DNA of 59,429 bases from a virus (IMGVR_UViG_3300007540_000001:1-59429), one strand, 5' to 3'. Counted from the first letter of the stretch, positions 46,534-56,311 are shown. Notes: generated from the sequence alone by a model not told the origin. Program-made: numbers and translations.

Positions 46534-47141
46534 GTGTACATATATACATAGTCTTTAATTGTTCTACCTTGAAATGTCATACCTAGTTCATCAGATAAAT
46601 AATCCATAACTAAATGAGCATCAACACTTGGTTTAATTTCTATATTGATTACTGGTTTAGTTCTTATGATAGTTTCTTTAGCACCTCTAAGAAAATTTAA
46701 TTCATATCCTTCTATGTCTACCTTGAGATAGTTTATCTTATCTATGTTATAAGAGTCAAAGGTTCTCATCTTACATTTATATTTACCTTCTGTTCTTATA
46801 CTAGCAGTACCACTATTATCTGGTTGGTCATAGTCAAGAAAGACTACATCTTCTTCATGGTCTCCAAGAGCTGTACCTATTACAGTTACCTTCTCAGGAT
46901 GCTGTATGTTTTCCATGAGACAATCAATGTGTTCTTGAATAGGTTCAAAACAAATTACTTTATTAAAAACTTTCTCCAGATCTATAGCCCATGTACCTAC
47001 ATGAGCACCAACATCTACAGCTATGTCATGTTCTTTAACAAAGCTAAGAGAATAATCTCTATGTTTCTTTTGGTACTCAGGTCCAACTGTTTTCAGGTAG
47101 TATTGAAAATGTCTATCATCTTTTGGTAATCTTAAATCCAT
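46530..47141 (-). CDS. FkbM-family methyltransferase
   Basis: AVDVGAHVG, FEP, LKVDIEGYE...GAKETI..KPVINIE. Confidence 0.9.
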   Translation of the reverse strand: MDLRLPKDDRHFQYYLKTVGPEYQKKHRDYSLSFVKEHDIAVDVGAHVGTWAIDLEKVFNKVICFEPIQEHIDCLMENIQHPEKVTVIGTALGDHEEDVVFLDYDQPDNSGTASIRTEGKYKCKMRTFDSYNIDKINYLKVDIEGYELNFLRGAKETIIRTKPVINIEIKPSVDAHLVMDYLSDELGMTFQGRTIKDYVYMYT

Positions 47142-47407
47142 TATAGTCTTCCTAATCTATGATATAAATTTACTAACTTTTCTTGTTCCTCTTTATCAAT
47201 AGGACTAAACCCATTAAGATAATAAGTTATTACCTTTCTTATTAAACCAATATCTTCAGAGGCTATAGCAGGTTTACTTTCTTTCATTATCTTTTCTCTT
47301 TCTTCATCATTATAAAAAGCCCATTCAGATATTTGTTTACTTGTTCTAAGACAACCAATACAAATATCATTCTCTAGTGTACATACACCAACACAAGGTG
47401 AACTAAT
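47141..47407 (-). CDS. DUF1289-like Cys protein (88 aa), apparent ATT start
   Basis: Manual ORF ISSPCVGVCTLENDICIGCLRT..ISEW...LYHRLGRL*; no canonical start upstream of the Cys motif. Confidence 0.6.
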   Translation of the reverse strand: MSSPCVGVCTLENDICIGCLRTSKQISEWAFYNDEEREKIMKESKPAIASEDIGLIRKVITYYLNGFSPIDKEEQEKLVNLYHRLGRL

Positions 47408-49341
47408 TATATGTCCACCAATTCACATACTCCTGCAGTACATGCAAGTTCTTGTGATCCTTTTGTATTATCTTCTTTCTCAAAGTCTTGTAGTTTATTC
47501 CAATCAATATTAGTTGGCATAGCCTTTGCTAACTTCTTATAAGTCTTCTCATCTATATCTTGATAAGGTGCTTGTTGATATGTATGATCAGAGAAAGGTA
47601 AGAAAGATACACCACTTAGGTAATCAAAGTTTTCCCAACACCATGCACCAACAGGAACCCACTCTTCTTCCTTAACACTTATAGTTACAGAAGGTTTATG
47701 TTCACACCAATGTTTAGCATAGCATTTCCAGATCTCTAATTGTTCAATAGCTGTCATGTCTGTTCTGCATACTGAACCCTTTGGAGCCATCATTGGAAAA
47801 GAAAACACAGTAGTATGTTCTGGTTTCATTACATCAGGTTCACTAGGTATACCAGATGCTTTCATAAACTCAGTCAATGGATCTTTGTTATCACCTCTTA
47901 CTGTTCTAATGTAGTAAGGATTATGTCTAGCATGTATACCACTAGCACTATCTACTAACTGACTCACAGTACCTGAAGGTTTAACACAAGTGATAGCTGT
48001 TGATTGTGGTATGCCTAACTTCTTTGCCAAAGCTTTATTAGTTTCTACTGCATGTTTCTTTAATACTTCTAGTCTAGGTGCTAGTCCATCAATAGTATTT
48101 AACTCAATACAATCCATGATACCTGTAAGAGATACACCAAGTAATCTTTCTTCTTCTGTATTGTTCTGCCATCTCTTTCTAAGATAACCAAAGTTTGTAA
48201 AGGTAGATTGTATTGTACCTAGCATAGTAGCAAGTTTAACTTTCTTTGATAGTGTAGTCATAGTATCTGTAGAACGACATACAACTTCAGTTAAGTTACA
48301 GAATTGATTAGGTCTAAGTATAATTTCACTACAAGGATTAGTACCAAAATCCCAATCAGCATTGCGTCTACCATTCTCAGCAGCTTTCTTTTGAGCAGAT
48401 GCTCTGTTGAACATACCTCTCTCACCAGATTTACTTTCATATAATGATAACCATTCCTTCATAAAGATTCCGGGATCTGGTTTCTCTGTATAAGCTACTG
48501 AGTTATTAGCTAATGCTCTCTCTGGATTAGTAGTCCACCATTCACCTGTCTTAGCTGTACGTATTCTTTGATCAGATAAGTTAGATAAAGATATAAGAGC
48601 TGATCTACGTACACCACCTACAACTACAACCTCACCTGTCTTACATACAATGTCATGGCATTCCATAGAGGAAAGCTTTCTACCTCTAGCATTTTTAAAT
48701 TTAAGAATAGTAAAGTCAAATAAATCTACAAGAGGTTGAGGTCCACTAGCTCTACCACCAAATGTTTTTAATCTTGTACCTGCAGGTCTAACTTTATTTA
48801 CATCTATCTTAGGAACTCTACCTGTGTAGAGATAAGATATTAAATCTCTGAATCCTTTTGCCCAACCTTCTTTAGAATCAACAACAGATATAACATCTTC
48901 TGTATGTTCAAACTCTACATCAGGAACAGTAGGTAACTTATCTGCATACTGTCTTTCAACAGAGAAGCCTACACCTGTACCATTCATAAGTATATATAGC
49001 ACTTCATCAAATGCTCTTGGACTATCAATAGGAATATAAGAACAGTTATAACCTGCAACATTCTCTCTATCTAATGCTTTACCTGATGTCATCAAGGCTC
49101 TCATACTTGGCATAACTTGTAAGGAAAGTATACCTTCTTCTAAATCTTCCCACTCTTTCTTTTTAATTACACCATCATAATTATTATCTATGTGTTCTTT
49201 GAAGAAAGACACAAGTCTACTTACAGTTTCACTCCAACTCTCTCTTCTACCTTCATCTTCTAACCAACGTGAATACCTAGACATGTGAATGAAAGACTGG
49301 TATTCGGTGGGTAAGTAATTACTTCCCATTAATGATGCCAT
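47407..49341 (-). CDS. nrdJ: Class II (adenosylcobalamin-dependent) ribonucleotide reductase
   Basis: MPSMR, YNCS, GGVRRSA, TNPCSEI, TCVKPSGT, C-terminal ACTAGVCE; no beta subunit gene seen. Confidence 0.93.
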   Translation of the reverse strand: MASLMGSNYLPTEYQSFIHMSRYSRWLEDEGRRESWSETVSRLVSFFKEHIDNNYDGVIKKKEWEDLEEGILSLQVMPSMRALMTSGKALDRENVAGYNCSYIPIDSPRAFDEVLYILMNGTGVGFSVERQYADKLPTVPDVEFEHTEDVISVVDSKEGWAKGFRDLISYLYTGRVPKIDVNKVRPAGTRLKTFGGRASGPQPLVDLFDFTILKFKNARGRKLSSMECHDIVCKTGEVVVVGGVRRSALISLSNLSDQRIRTAKTGEWWTTNPERALANNSVAYTEKPDPGIFMKEWLSLYESKSGERGMFNRASAQKKAAENGRRNADWDFGTNPCSEIILRPNQFCNLTEVVCRSTDTMTTLSKKVKLATMLGTIQSTFTNFGYLRKRWQNNTEEERLLGVSLTGIMDCIELNTIDGLAPRLEVLKKHAVETNKALAKKLGIPQSTAITCVKPSGTVSQLVDSASGIHARHNPYYIRTVRGDNKDPLTEFMKASGIPSEPDVMKPEHTTVFSFPMMAPKGSVCRTDMTAIEQLEIWKCYAKHWCEHKPSVTISVKEEEWVPVGAWCWENFDYLSGVSFLPFSDHTYQQAPYQDIDEKTYKKLAKAMPTNIDWNKLQDFEKEDNTKGSQELACTAGVCELVDI

Positions 49342-49352
49342 GTTTAGCTCCT

Positions 49353-49532
49353 CTATTTATATTTCATTATTAAATTGTTACGGACTTGCCATAGTTTAGT
49401 CTCTCCTATATAGAAAGGTTCAACCCATACTTTGACGTTAGGTACTTTAGATACCCAATAATTATATATCTTATCAGCTAACTCTTGTGATAATCTTTTG
49501 TCTCCTAAATAATCTTTACCTGAGTATGCCAT
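49353..49532 (-). CDS. Hypothetical protein (59 aa)
   Basis: Manual ORF MAYSGKDYLGDKRLSQELADKIYNYW...VRNNL; TAATG coupling. Confidence 0.7.
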   Translation of the reverse strand: MAYSGKDYLGDKRLSQELADKIYNYWVSKVPNVKVWVEPFYIGETKLWQVRNNLIMKYK

Positions 49533-49801
49533 TATTGTAATGTCCTTTTTTCTTTTATAGATATACCTTGAGAATATTCAGCTAACTCCATCAGTTTCTC
49601 AGAGAAAGCTTTGTCCATATATTCAACAGCGTCTTCATCTGTATCAGTTCTATCTCTTAAATTTTTCATATCATTTTTAAATGTATCAACTAAATCTTTT
49701 AAACTTATTAATCTTTCTTGACCATTCCAATCTAACATTAAAAGGTCTCCTGATAAATTAATAACTACATCTTCTAATTCATTTCCATTTATCATATACA
49801 T
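49532..49801 (-). CDS. Hypothetical protein
   Basis: ORF track. Confidence 0.65.
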   Translation of the reverse strand: MYMINGNELEDVVINLSGDLLMLDWNGQERLISLKDLVDTFKNDMKNLRDRTDTDEDAVEYMDKAFSEKLMELAEYSQGISIKEKRTLQ

Positions 49802-50048
49802 GCTCCAATATTAATTCACAATAATGTATAACTTTTCTTATGTCTTCTTCTTGTCCTTTAGTTTTATGTCGAGTAATATATTTTACCACATTTCCTTCTA
49901 AGAAGTCAAGTTTATTTTTAACTATATATTCTGTTGGTTGTATTACACAATCTTTGTAATGACTTCCACCCACTTGTCTAGCACTTGCTGTTTCTTTTAC
50001 TGACTCACGAACCATATCGTCATGTGTTTCAAAACTATCTTCACTCAT
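49779..50048 (-). CDS. DUF3310 (SaV-like/T7 gp1.7-like) protein
   Basis: QVGGSHY, IQPTEYI, FLEGNVVKY..R...K; start taken at MSEDSF. Confidence 0.85.
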   Translation of the reverse strand: MSEDSFETHDDMVRESVKETASARQVGGSHYKDCVIQPTEYIVKNKLDFLEGNVVKYITRHKTKGQEEDIRKVIHYCELILEHVYDKWK

Positions 50049-50364
50049 TCCACTCACTCCACCTTTCATCATAAACAAAGATAGGAGTTCCTTCACCTAC
50101 CCATGCTCCTTGTACATTATAATCAAAGTATTCTAAAGCTTCTTCCTCTGTCATACCTTCTCTCATTAATATTTCTATGCATCTACTATGAGAATAAACA
50201 TAGAAGTCTGTATTAAACTGTTGTCCTCTACCTATCAAGGCATCTTCAAATCCATCTGCTTTATATCTATCTTCTTCTCTCATGCCACACCAATTACATT
50301 CTTCATTATGTCCTACTTCCATATTCGTCTCTTCTATTTTGCAATAATGTTTCCACATAATCAT
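50041..50364 (-). CDS. Conserved phage protein
   Basis: EECNWCG followed by ADGFEDALIG...EEALEYFDYNVQGAWVGEGTPIF. Confidence 0.8.
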   Translation of the reverse strand: MIMWKHYCKIEETNMEVGHNEECNWCGMREEDRYKADGFEDALIGRGQQFNTDFYVYSHSRCIEILMREGMTEEEALEYFDYNVQGAWVGEGTPIFVYDERWSEWNE

Positions 50365-50708
50365 GTTATAGTCTCATGTAATATTGCATTGATTCGTTTC
50401 CTTACAAATTCTATTTCGTTTGTATTAAATAATTTTTTAGTAAACGCAGTAAGAGCATCAGGATTTATTCCTGCCATATCACATACATCATCTCTATCTG
50501 TAGCTGTTACACCATATGAAGAAGTGAGCCATGATCTTGCTCTATCTCTCATTAAAATATTGTAAGCATTTTCTCCTTCATAAGTTGGTTTAGTTGCATC
50601 TAATAATTGTTGCAGAATAACACACAACCAGAGCACACGTTCAGGACTATGAGAATCATGTACTCCTTCGTTAAGTACTTGAGCTAATGACTCTTCGTTA
50701 GACATCAC
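50361..50708 (-). CDS. Conserved phage protein
   Basis: PERVLW..VILQ.LLDA...VCDMAGINP. Confidence 0.8.
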   Translation of the reverse strand: MMSNEESLAQVLNEGVHDSHSPERVLWLCVILQQLLDATKPTYEGENAYNILMRDRARSWLTSSYGVTATDRDDVCDMAGINPDALTAFTKKLFNTNEIEFVRKRINAILHETIT

Positions 50709-51279
50709 TCACAGTCTCTACTCTGACTACATCTTTATGTCTTTTTCTTTTACCTTGTTTAACTTTACATAGATGACTCTTATCATAATTATTTAACTGA
50801 GCAAACAAAGAAAGGTTGTCAATTATAATATTTCTATTATCAGTATAAGTTATTTTATGTATTACTTCTTCTATTTTTTTAATAGGTTTGTATCCTTGTA
50901 CTGGTCTATAGTATTTACCCCCTACATAATTATTATAGAAAGCAGGTTCATCTGTTCCTTCAAGCACACTATCAAGTACATTATGTTTCATTTGATAAAA
51001 CAATTCATAGTATCCAAGACTTCTTTTATTTTTAAACTCATCTATTACTTCAAAGATAAAATTTTTCTTACCTATTTTTTTTATATCTTCATTAAGATAT
51101 TTAGAAGAACCAGTATAGGACTGCCACTTAGAAGGTGTTTGATCTTTACCTATATAATATTGTTTACATCCTATGTATTGTTTCTTATTTTTTTTATTAG
51201 TTATAACATAGACAAATCCAAATCTATCTAAGGTGTCAGGTTCAAAATCTTTGTTAGTTCTTAGGTCAGTCCAATGCAT
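50698..51279 (-). CDS. GIY-YIG (Seg-like) endonuclease
   Basis: FGFVYVITN...YIGCK...YTGSS...FYN, with a basic C-terminal DNA-binding-like tail. Confidence 0.8.
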   Translation of the reverse strand: MHWTDLRTNKDFEPDTLDRFGFVYVITNKKNKKQYIGCKQYYIGKDQTPSKWQSYTGSSKYLNEDIKKIGKKNFIFEVIDEFKNKRSLGYYELFYQMKHNVLDSVLEGTDEPAFYNNYVGGKYYRPVQGYKPIKKIEEVIHKITYTDNRNIIIDNLSLFAQLNNYDKSHLCKVKQGKRKRHKDVVRVETVSDV

Positions 51280-52115
51280 TAGAAGTCCTCTCTTACTCGT
51301 GGCTCTTTCTTTACATAAGTATAGAACTCATTACCACTAGCATAATTAAATTTACGTAAACCAAAACCATCATTAGAATCTTTCCAACATAATGTTTTAA
51401 AGTCACAGAACTTACATCCAATAGGTAACTTCCTGTTACCATTGTTTTCTTCTACTTCTTTGTAACATCTTTCAGGTGGAGTCTTCTTCGTTAATAATGT
51501 TTTAAGTTGCTTAATTCTTTCTTCTGGTTTTACATCGGAGACATCAGTCTTTAATAGTGTCATGAAACCATTTGATTTATCTACTGCTAAAAAATATCCT
51601 TTATCTTTTCCCATAGCCTTAGCATAGCTAGAGATTTGGTAGATGTATCCAAACGGATCATCATCAACTAGTGTACCATTAAAGAACTTTCTAAATCCAT
51701 AGGGAGATGCTGACTTAACATCAACTAATTCTCCATCTATCTCTGCATCTATATGTCCTTTAACTCCACCAACTGTTACTTCTTCTTGACACTTATCTAC
51801 CTTATGTCCTGCTTCTCTCACTAGGAATAAGGTAAGCTCTTCTATTATATGACCTAATAAAAATTTAATCTTGGTAGCTGTGGGCAAAGGTTCTTTCTCA
51901 TGCCCATTGTAATCATACCATAACTGTCTATCTTTTTTACCTATACTTGATAGTCTCATCTTACCTGTGGTATCTCTTACCTCTGATAAAACTTGTATGA
52001 CTGACTCAGCTATTCCCTCTTTTAAAAGTGTGAGATTAGTTTCTGAAGGAGTCCTACCTTGATTAAATAATATATCAATGTCCTCTAACAGAGAACTAAT
52101 CTCACGTTTACTCAT
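51279..52115 (-). CDS. PD-(D/E)XK exonuclease
   Basis: LRLS-like MRLSSIG, GHIDAEIDGELVDVKS, DPFGY..Q...Y, C..C..K..CW. Confidence 0.85.
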   Translation of the reverse strand: MSKREISSLLEDIDILFNQGRTPSETNLTLLKEGIAESVIQVLSEVRDTTGKMRLSSIGKKDRQLWYDYNGHEKEPLPTATKIKFLLGHIIEELTLFLVREAGHKVDKCQEEVTVGGVKGHIDAEIDGELVDVKSASPYGFRKFFNGTLVDDDPFGYIYQISSYAKAMGKDKGYFLAVDKSNGFMTLLKTDVSDVKPEERIKQLKTLLTKKTPPERCYKEVEENNGNRKLPIGCKFCDFKTLCWKDSNDGFGLRKFNYASGNEFYTYVKKEPRVREDF

Positions 52116-52618
52116 TAGAATGGAGCAGATTCTTCTGAGCTGGTGCTGGCTATAGCACCATCAGCAACGTAGCCATCAACCTCATCAAAGTCCTCTGACT
52201 TTGCGTATGGTACGAGGTCAATAACTTGAACAGCATCAAGGTAAAACTTATTCTTACCTTCCATAGATGGTACGTTCTCAATCTCTACAGATCGAAACAT
52301 AACTCTAACGTCAGATCCATTACCTATCAATGTACCTGCGATGTCGTTCTTCTTAGCATCAACAACTCTAGGCTTAGGGAGAGGTTCGCCTTTCCTGTTG
52401 AATGCATTCTTTTTAAACGTGAAGAAATCTCCACGATCATCTTTCTTATTCTTGATAGAAGCTGAAGGGTTAAGTCCTTCTAATAATTTACGTGTCGCTT
52501 TATCAATAGTTAAATCTATAGTGTACTCTGTGTCTTCTTGTGCAGTCGTGTTATACTTTTGAGCTGGTCTATCTAGCTTTGCCCAATAAGCTTTACCTGT
52601 TACTACTGGCATATCCAA
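52115..52618 (-). CDS. ssb: Single-stranded DNA-binding protein (T7 gp2.5-like)
   Basis: GKAYWA, IGNGS, AVQVIDLV, acidic tail ending in PF. Confidence 0.85.
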   Translation of the reverse strand: MDMPVVTGKAYWAKLDRPAQKYNTTAQEDTEYTIDLTIDKATRKLLEGLNPSASIKNKKDDRGDFFTFKKNAFNRKGEPLPKPRVVDAKKNDIAGTLIGNGSDVRVMFRSVEIENVPSMEGKNKFYLDAVQVIDLVPYAKSEDFDEVDGYVADGAIASTSSEESAPF

Positions 52619-52653
52619 TCCTTTCGGTGGTTAATTGTTAAAGTTAATAACAT

Positions 52654-52682
52654 CTTATACCATATTCAGTTTAAGATGTCAA
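52654..52682 (-). promoter_or_regulatory. Sigma70-like promoter
   Basis: TTGACA-17nt-TATAAG with TGG extended -10. Confidence 0.7.
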
Positions 52683-52841
52683 GTCTTTTATTCGAATGCG
52701 AGCATCTCTTAATTGTATCTCACACTCTCTTACGTTATGGCGAAGAATATTATTCTCCTCAGTAAGCTCTTTAATCTTGTGTTGTAATTCATTCTTCTCT
52801 TTTATAAACTCTGCTACGTGTCTTGGTAATACGTACTCCAT
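52671..52841 (-). CDS. Small coiled-coil protein (56 aa)
   Basis: Manual ORF MEYVLPRHVAEF...ARIRIKDLTS*. Confidence 0.7.
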   Translation of the reverse strand: MEYVLPRHVAEFIKEKNELQHKIKELTEENNILRHNVRECEIQLRDARIRIKDLTS

Positions 52842-54475
52842 TAGTGTGTCTCCGACCAGTTGAGCCCTATCTTGTACTCTCCGTCAAGTGGGCAGTTTAA
52901 ATTGTATTCATGTCCTGCCCTTATTATAGCACTAACTCCTAGCTTACCAACTAAATTTCCATCAGCTTCTTCACATTCTACTTGCCATTCATCATGTACA
53001 TTAGCAACAATCTTTACATCATCTGTTAAACTATTAGCAAATAATACTAATGCTTTCTTCATGACCACAGCAGCAGCACCTTGAAGCTTGGTATTCAATG
53101 CTGAATGTGGTGAACGTACCCATATCTTTCTGTTATCTAATCCTCTGAGCCATCCTCTACCTGCTTCATTTGTTATCATGTTTCTTAGTTTAGCAAGTGA
53201 AGGTGTTTGTTCAAGAAAATTATCTATTAATTCTTTTCCCTTCTTGGAACTACCACCTACAATAGAACCAATCTTCTTAGAACCTGCACCATACAGGAAT
53301 GCATAGATGAATGTCTTAGCTTGATCTCTGGTCTTCAGTCCTGCATTCTTTTGATTCAATGAATGTATATCACCATTCAATATCTCTTGAGTGTAGTCTG
53401 GATCTCTCATGTAATGAGCAAGCATTCTCAATTCAATACCACTTGCATCTATACCTACTAATACTCTACCTTTGGGTACAGTCCAACATGTTCTACACTC
53501 TGTACCATATGGCGAATACCCTGCAGGTATCTGAGCCATGTTAGGTTTGGCATGAGCCATACGACCTGTGATAGTTCTCAGGGTAAGTACCTGCCCATGT
53601 ACTCTGTCATCAGGAGAAGAGTCAAGAGCATCAAGCCATGAGTTTACCTGAGCAATTCTTTTTTGTAACATAAGATACTCAGCTATAACTTTTGCTTCTG
53701 GCATATTAATAGTATTCAATACAGCTTCATCAACTATTACACTACCCTTGTCTGTCTTCTTCTTAGGTTCCCACCCACGTTCCATTAATCTTTCTGCTAT
53801 CTGCTTACGTGAACCAACATTGAAGTCTTGCATTGTAACCTTCAACTTTGTTTTAAGTTGTGTCTCAATGCGTTTAGGTGGGAACACTACCCTCAGCTGT
53901 TCACGTATCTCGTTAATTCTTTTTTCTAATTTACTTACTAGGCTCATTGCATATGGTTCATTCAAATAGAATCCATCATTCTCTTGTCTGCATGTTATTC
54001 TTTTAACATCATGTTCTAACTTGATACACTCCAAAGAGAAACCTGCAAGTTCATTACGAAGATGTTTGTATAACTTAACAGTTACAGCTACATCTTGTTT
54101 ACAATAGTCCAACATCTCTTGACTATACTGCGACCAGTCATTGTAATCTCCTTTGGGAAAAGATAATCGTGCACCCCATGAACCTAATGAATGCCCACCA
54201 TCTCTGTCTGGTCTAGCTATCTGACTGAGTATCATGGTGTCCATTAGTTTCTCATGTGGTATCTTAGTTCCCCAAATCTTTTCAATCTGTGGTGCATCAA
54301 AAGAAATAATATTATGCCCTATGATTCGGTCATACTTACCAATCAGTTCATCAAGATAGAGTCCAGTACGCATGACGAATACCTCACCAGTCTCTACATC
54401 TTGAGCTACCAAACACCAGATGGTATCAGGATTTAATCCATTAGTTTCTATATCAATTACAAGTGCACTATCCAT
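52841..54475 (-). CDS. polA: Family A DNA polymerase (T7-like)
   Basis: Exonuclease DIETNG, GHNIISFD, YCKQDV; motif A DASGIELR; motif B RDQAKTFIYAFLYG; motif C VHDE. Confidence 0.96.
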   Translation of the reverse strand: MDSALVIDIETNGLNPDTIWCLVAQDVETGEVFVMRTGLYLDELIGKYDRIIGHNIISFDAPQIEKIWGTKIPHEKLMDTMILSQIARPDRDGGHSLGSWGARLSFPKGDYNDWSQYSQEMLDYCKQDVAVTVKLYKHLRNELAGFSLECIKLEHDVKRITCRQENDGFYLNEPYAMSLVSKLEKRINEIREQLRVVFPPKRIETQLKTKLKVTMQDFNVGSRKQIAERLMERGWEPKKKTDKGSVIVDEAVLNTINMPEAKVIAEYLMLQKRIAQVNSWLDALDSSPDDRVHGQVLTLRTITGRMAHAKPNMAQIPAGYSPYGTECRTCWTVPKGRVLVGIDASGIELRMLAHYMRDPDYTQEILNGDIHSLNQKNAGLKTRDQAKTFIYAFLYGAGSKKIGSIVGGSSKKGKELIDNFLEQTPSLAKLRNMITNEAGRGWLRGLDNRKIWVRSPHSALNTKLQGAAAVVMKKALVLFANSLTDDVKIVANVHDEWQVECEEADGNLVGKLGVSAIIRAGHEYNLNCPLDGEYKIGLNWSETH

Positions 54476-56121
54476 TACAGCTCCTCAAAATCCTCTGCTT
54501 GTTCATCTATATCATCTGGAAAGACTTCTGTCAACCTACTTGTATCTCTGTCATAGTGTAGGTATGTACTTGGTCCAGTCAATCCTGAGAATCTATTCTT
54601 CAATACTCTTATCAAGGTAATGTTCCTCTGATAAAGATCAGGATTTTGTCCATCTCTTTCAAGTCCTAGTACCATGTTACTTAGCTGACCTATACCTGCT
54701 GTACCTCTCAGTTCAGCCAAAGAAGTTTGTCCACCTTCCTCATGTGATTTACCTGTAGGTCTCTTACTATGACTGACCATACCTAACCAAATGTTGAGTT
54801 CAATAGTTAAAGTCTTCAGCTTGGTAGCTATCTCATCCAATGCCTTACGTTCATCACCTTGTGATTGGTCACTCACCAAGATAGAGATGTGATCAAGGAA
54901 TATATATTTACAATCACAACCAAGAGCAAGATACCTGATGGCACTTACTACCTCATCAATATTGTTTGAACCAAACGATTCATAGAAGTGATACCTATCT
55001 GTGCCTAGTGTACTGTTGAAGGCATCATCAAACTCAGTTCCTTTTAACTCGGTGGTAGGTAGGTGCAAAGGTTTGTTAGCGGACAAAGACATCATACCTC
55101 TGGCGGAATCTTCCAATGGTTCCTCAAAGAATAACATACCAATGTTATCTTCACATGTATGTTGTATGTGATAAGCTAACTCACGTAATACTTGTGTCTT
55201 ACCCATGCCTGATCCTGCTGTGATAGTCCACATCTCACCTCGTCTAAGTCCATAGGTAAGATCTTGTAATGCAGTCCAAGGTAATGATAGACACTCAGGT
55301 TGTTTCTTATTCTTCAATGTATTGTATAAAGATTTACCAGATACAATTCCTGCAGGTGTATATTTCTCTGCACCAAACCATGCATTCCTGAACTCTTCAT
55401 CTCTATCTGCCATGAGATAATCACATGCATCCTTCATACCATTGCTGTGTATCATGACCTTAGCTTTGTTAGGAAATAGTTTTGCTACCTCATCACTTGC
55501 TCTCTTACCTGCCTCATCATTATCAAAACAAATAACAATCTCTTTGAATGAATCCAGATACTTGTAGTTCTGTTGACAATTCTTCTTGGCTGATTGTGCA
55601 TTGTGTACTGAGACAGCAGGATACCTTGAACCAAGCAGCTGATAACAAGCCATGGCATCTAGTTCTCCTTCAGTAATTGTTATACCTTTGGCTGACTCTT
55701 TGCCAAAGACATGCTGACCAAATAGAGTAGCTACCTTTGGTGTGCCTTCCCATGTAAATTGTTTACCTGCTCTGCGTACCTTGTTGGCAACATGGTTCTT
55801 ATCCGAATCATAGTAAGGATAGTACTGAGACACACCTTGCTCTACTGTTACATTAAACTTTTTGACTGTGGCAAAAGACAATTTCCTATCATCAATAGGT
55901 TGGTGTCCGTCACGACCTTTACCAACTGCATCTACATGAGACATAGATATATCCTCAGTAGGTTGTGGTTCTTGTATTACATTATCAAACATTCTATCTA
56001 CATCTCCCTTACTTAATGTTGTTACACATGAGAAGCAATGACCATGACCATCTTCATAAATTGTAAATGCATCTGAAGATGTGCAAACTGGGCAACTTAT
56101 ATGAGACTCTTTAGTATCCAT
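54475..56121 (-). CDS. DNA primase-helicase (T7 gp4-like)
   Basis: CPVC...CFSC zinc finger, TEGELDA/FDND Toprim, AGSGMGKT, LDH, VLKNRFSG. Confidence 0.96.
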   Translation of the reverse strand: MDTKESHISCPVCTSSDAFTIYEDGHGHCFSCVTTLSKGDVDRMFDNVIQEPQPTEDISMSHVDAVGKGRDGHQPIDDRKLSFATVKKFNVTVEQGVSQYYPYYDSDKNHVANKVRRAGKQFTWEGTPKVATLFGQHVFGKESAKGITITEGELDAMACYQLLGSRYPAVSVHNAQSAKKNCQQNYKYLDSFKEIVICFDNDEAGKRASDEVAKLFPNKAKVMIHSNGMKDACDYLMADRDEEFRNAWFGAEKYTPAGIVSGKSLYNTLKNKKQPECLSLPWTALQDLTYGLRRGEMWTITAGSGMGKTQVLRELAYHIQHTCEDNIGMLFFEEPLEDSARGMMSLSANKPLHLPTTELKGTEFDDAFNSTLGTDRYHFYESFGSNNIDEVVSAIRYLALGCDCKYIFLDHISILVSDQSQGDERKALDEIATKLKTLTIELNIWLGMVSHSKRPTGKSHEEGGQTSLAELRGTAGIGQLSNMVLGLERDGQNPDLYQRNITLIRVLKNRFSGLTGPSTYLHYDRDTSRLTEVFPDDIDEQAEDFEEL

Positions 56122-56181
56122 TACTGCTCCTTAATAAGATTATTATTATAATTATTATCTTTCTAAGTTTCTTTTAAAGAC

Positions 56182-56209
56182 ATTATACAGACTTTAAAAA
56201 TCCTGTCAA
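56182..56209 (-). promoter_or_regulatory. Promoter of the replication operon
   Basis: TTGACA-16nt-TATAAT. Confidence 0.7.
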
Positions 56210-56218
56210 GTTATTTTT

Positions 56219-56308
56219 TTACCATAAATTAAAAACATTACAAATTAATATTACTAACATCCAAAAGAAAGGATTTAAAATAGTTAAAAGAAGGATTCTA
56301 TCTATCAT
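56219..56308 (-). CDS. 29-aa hydrophobic peptide
   Basis: Manual ORF MIDRILLLTILNPFFWMLVILICNVFNLW*. Confidence 0.45.
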   Translation of the reverse strand: MIDRILLLTILNPFFWMLVILICNVFNLW

Positions 56309-56311
56309 ATA

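Noticed and set aside
51279-52115. Cas4/CRISPR system
   Set aside because: A PD-(D/E)XK exonuclease in a replication operon; no array or other cas genes seen
52841-54475. HMO-2011-type polymerase with DnaJ insertion, or an intein
   Set aside because: No CxxCxGxG repeats or intein motifs; the protein is compact
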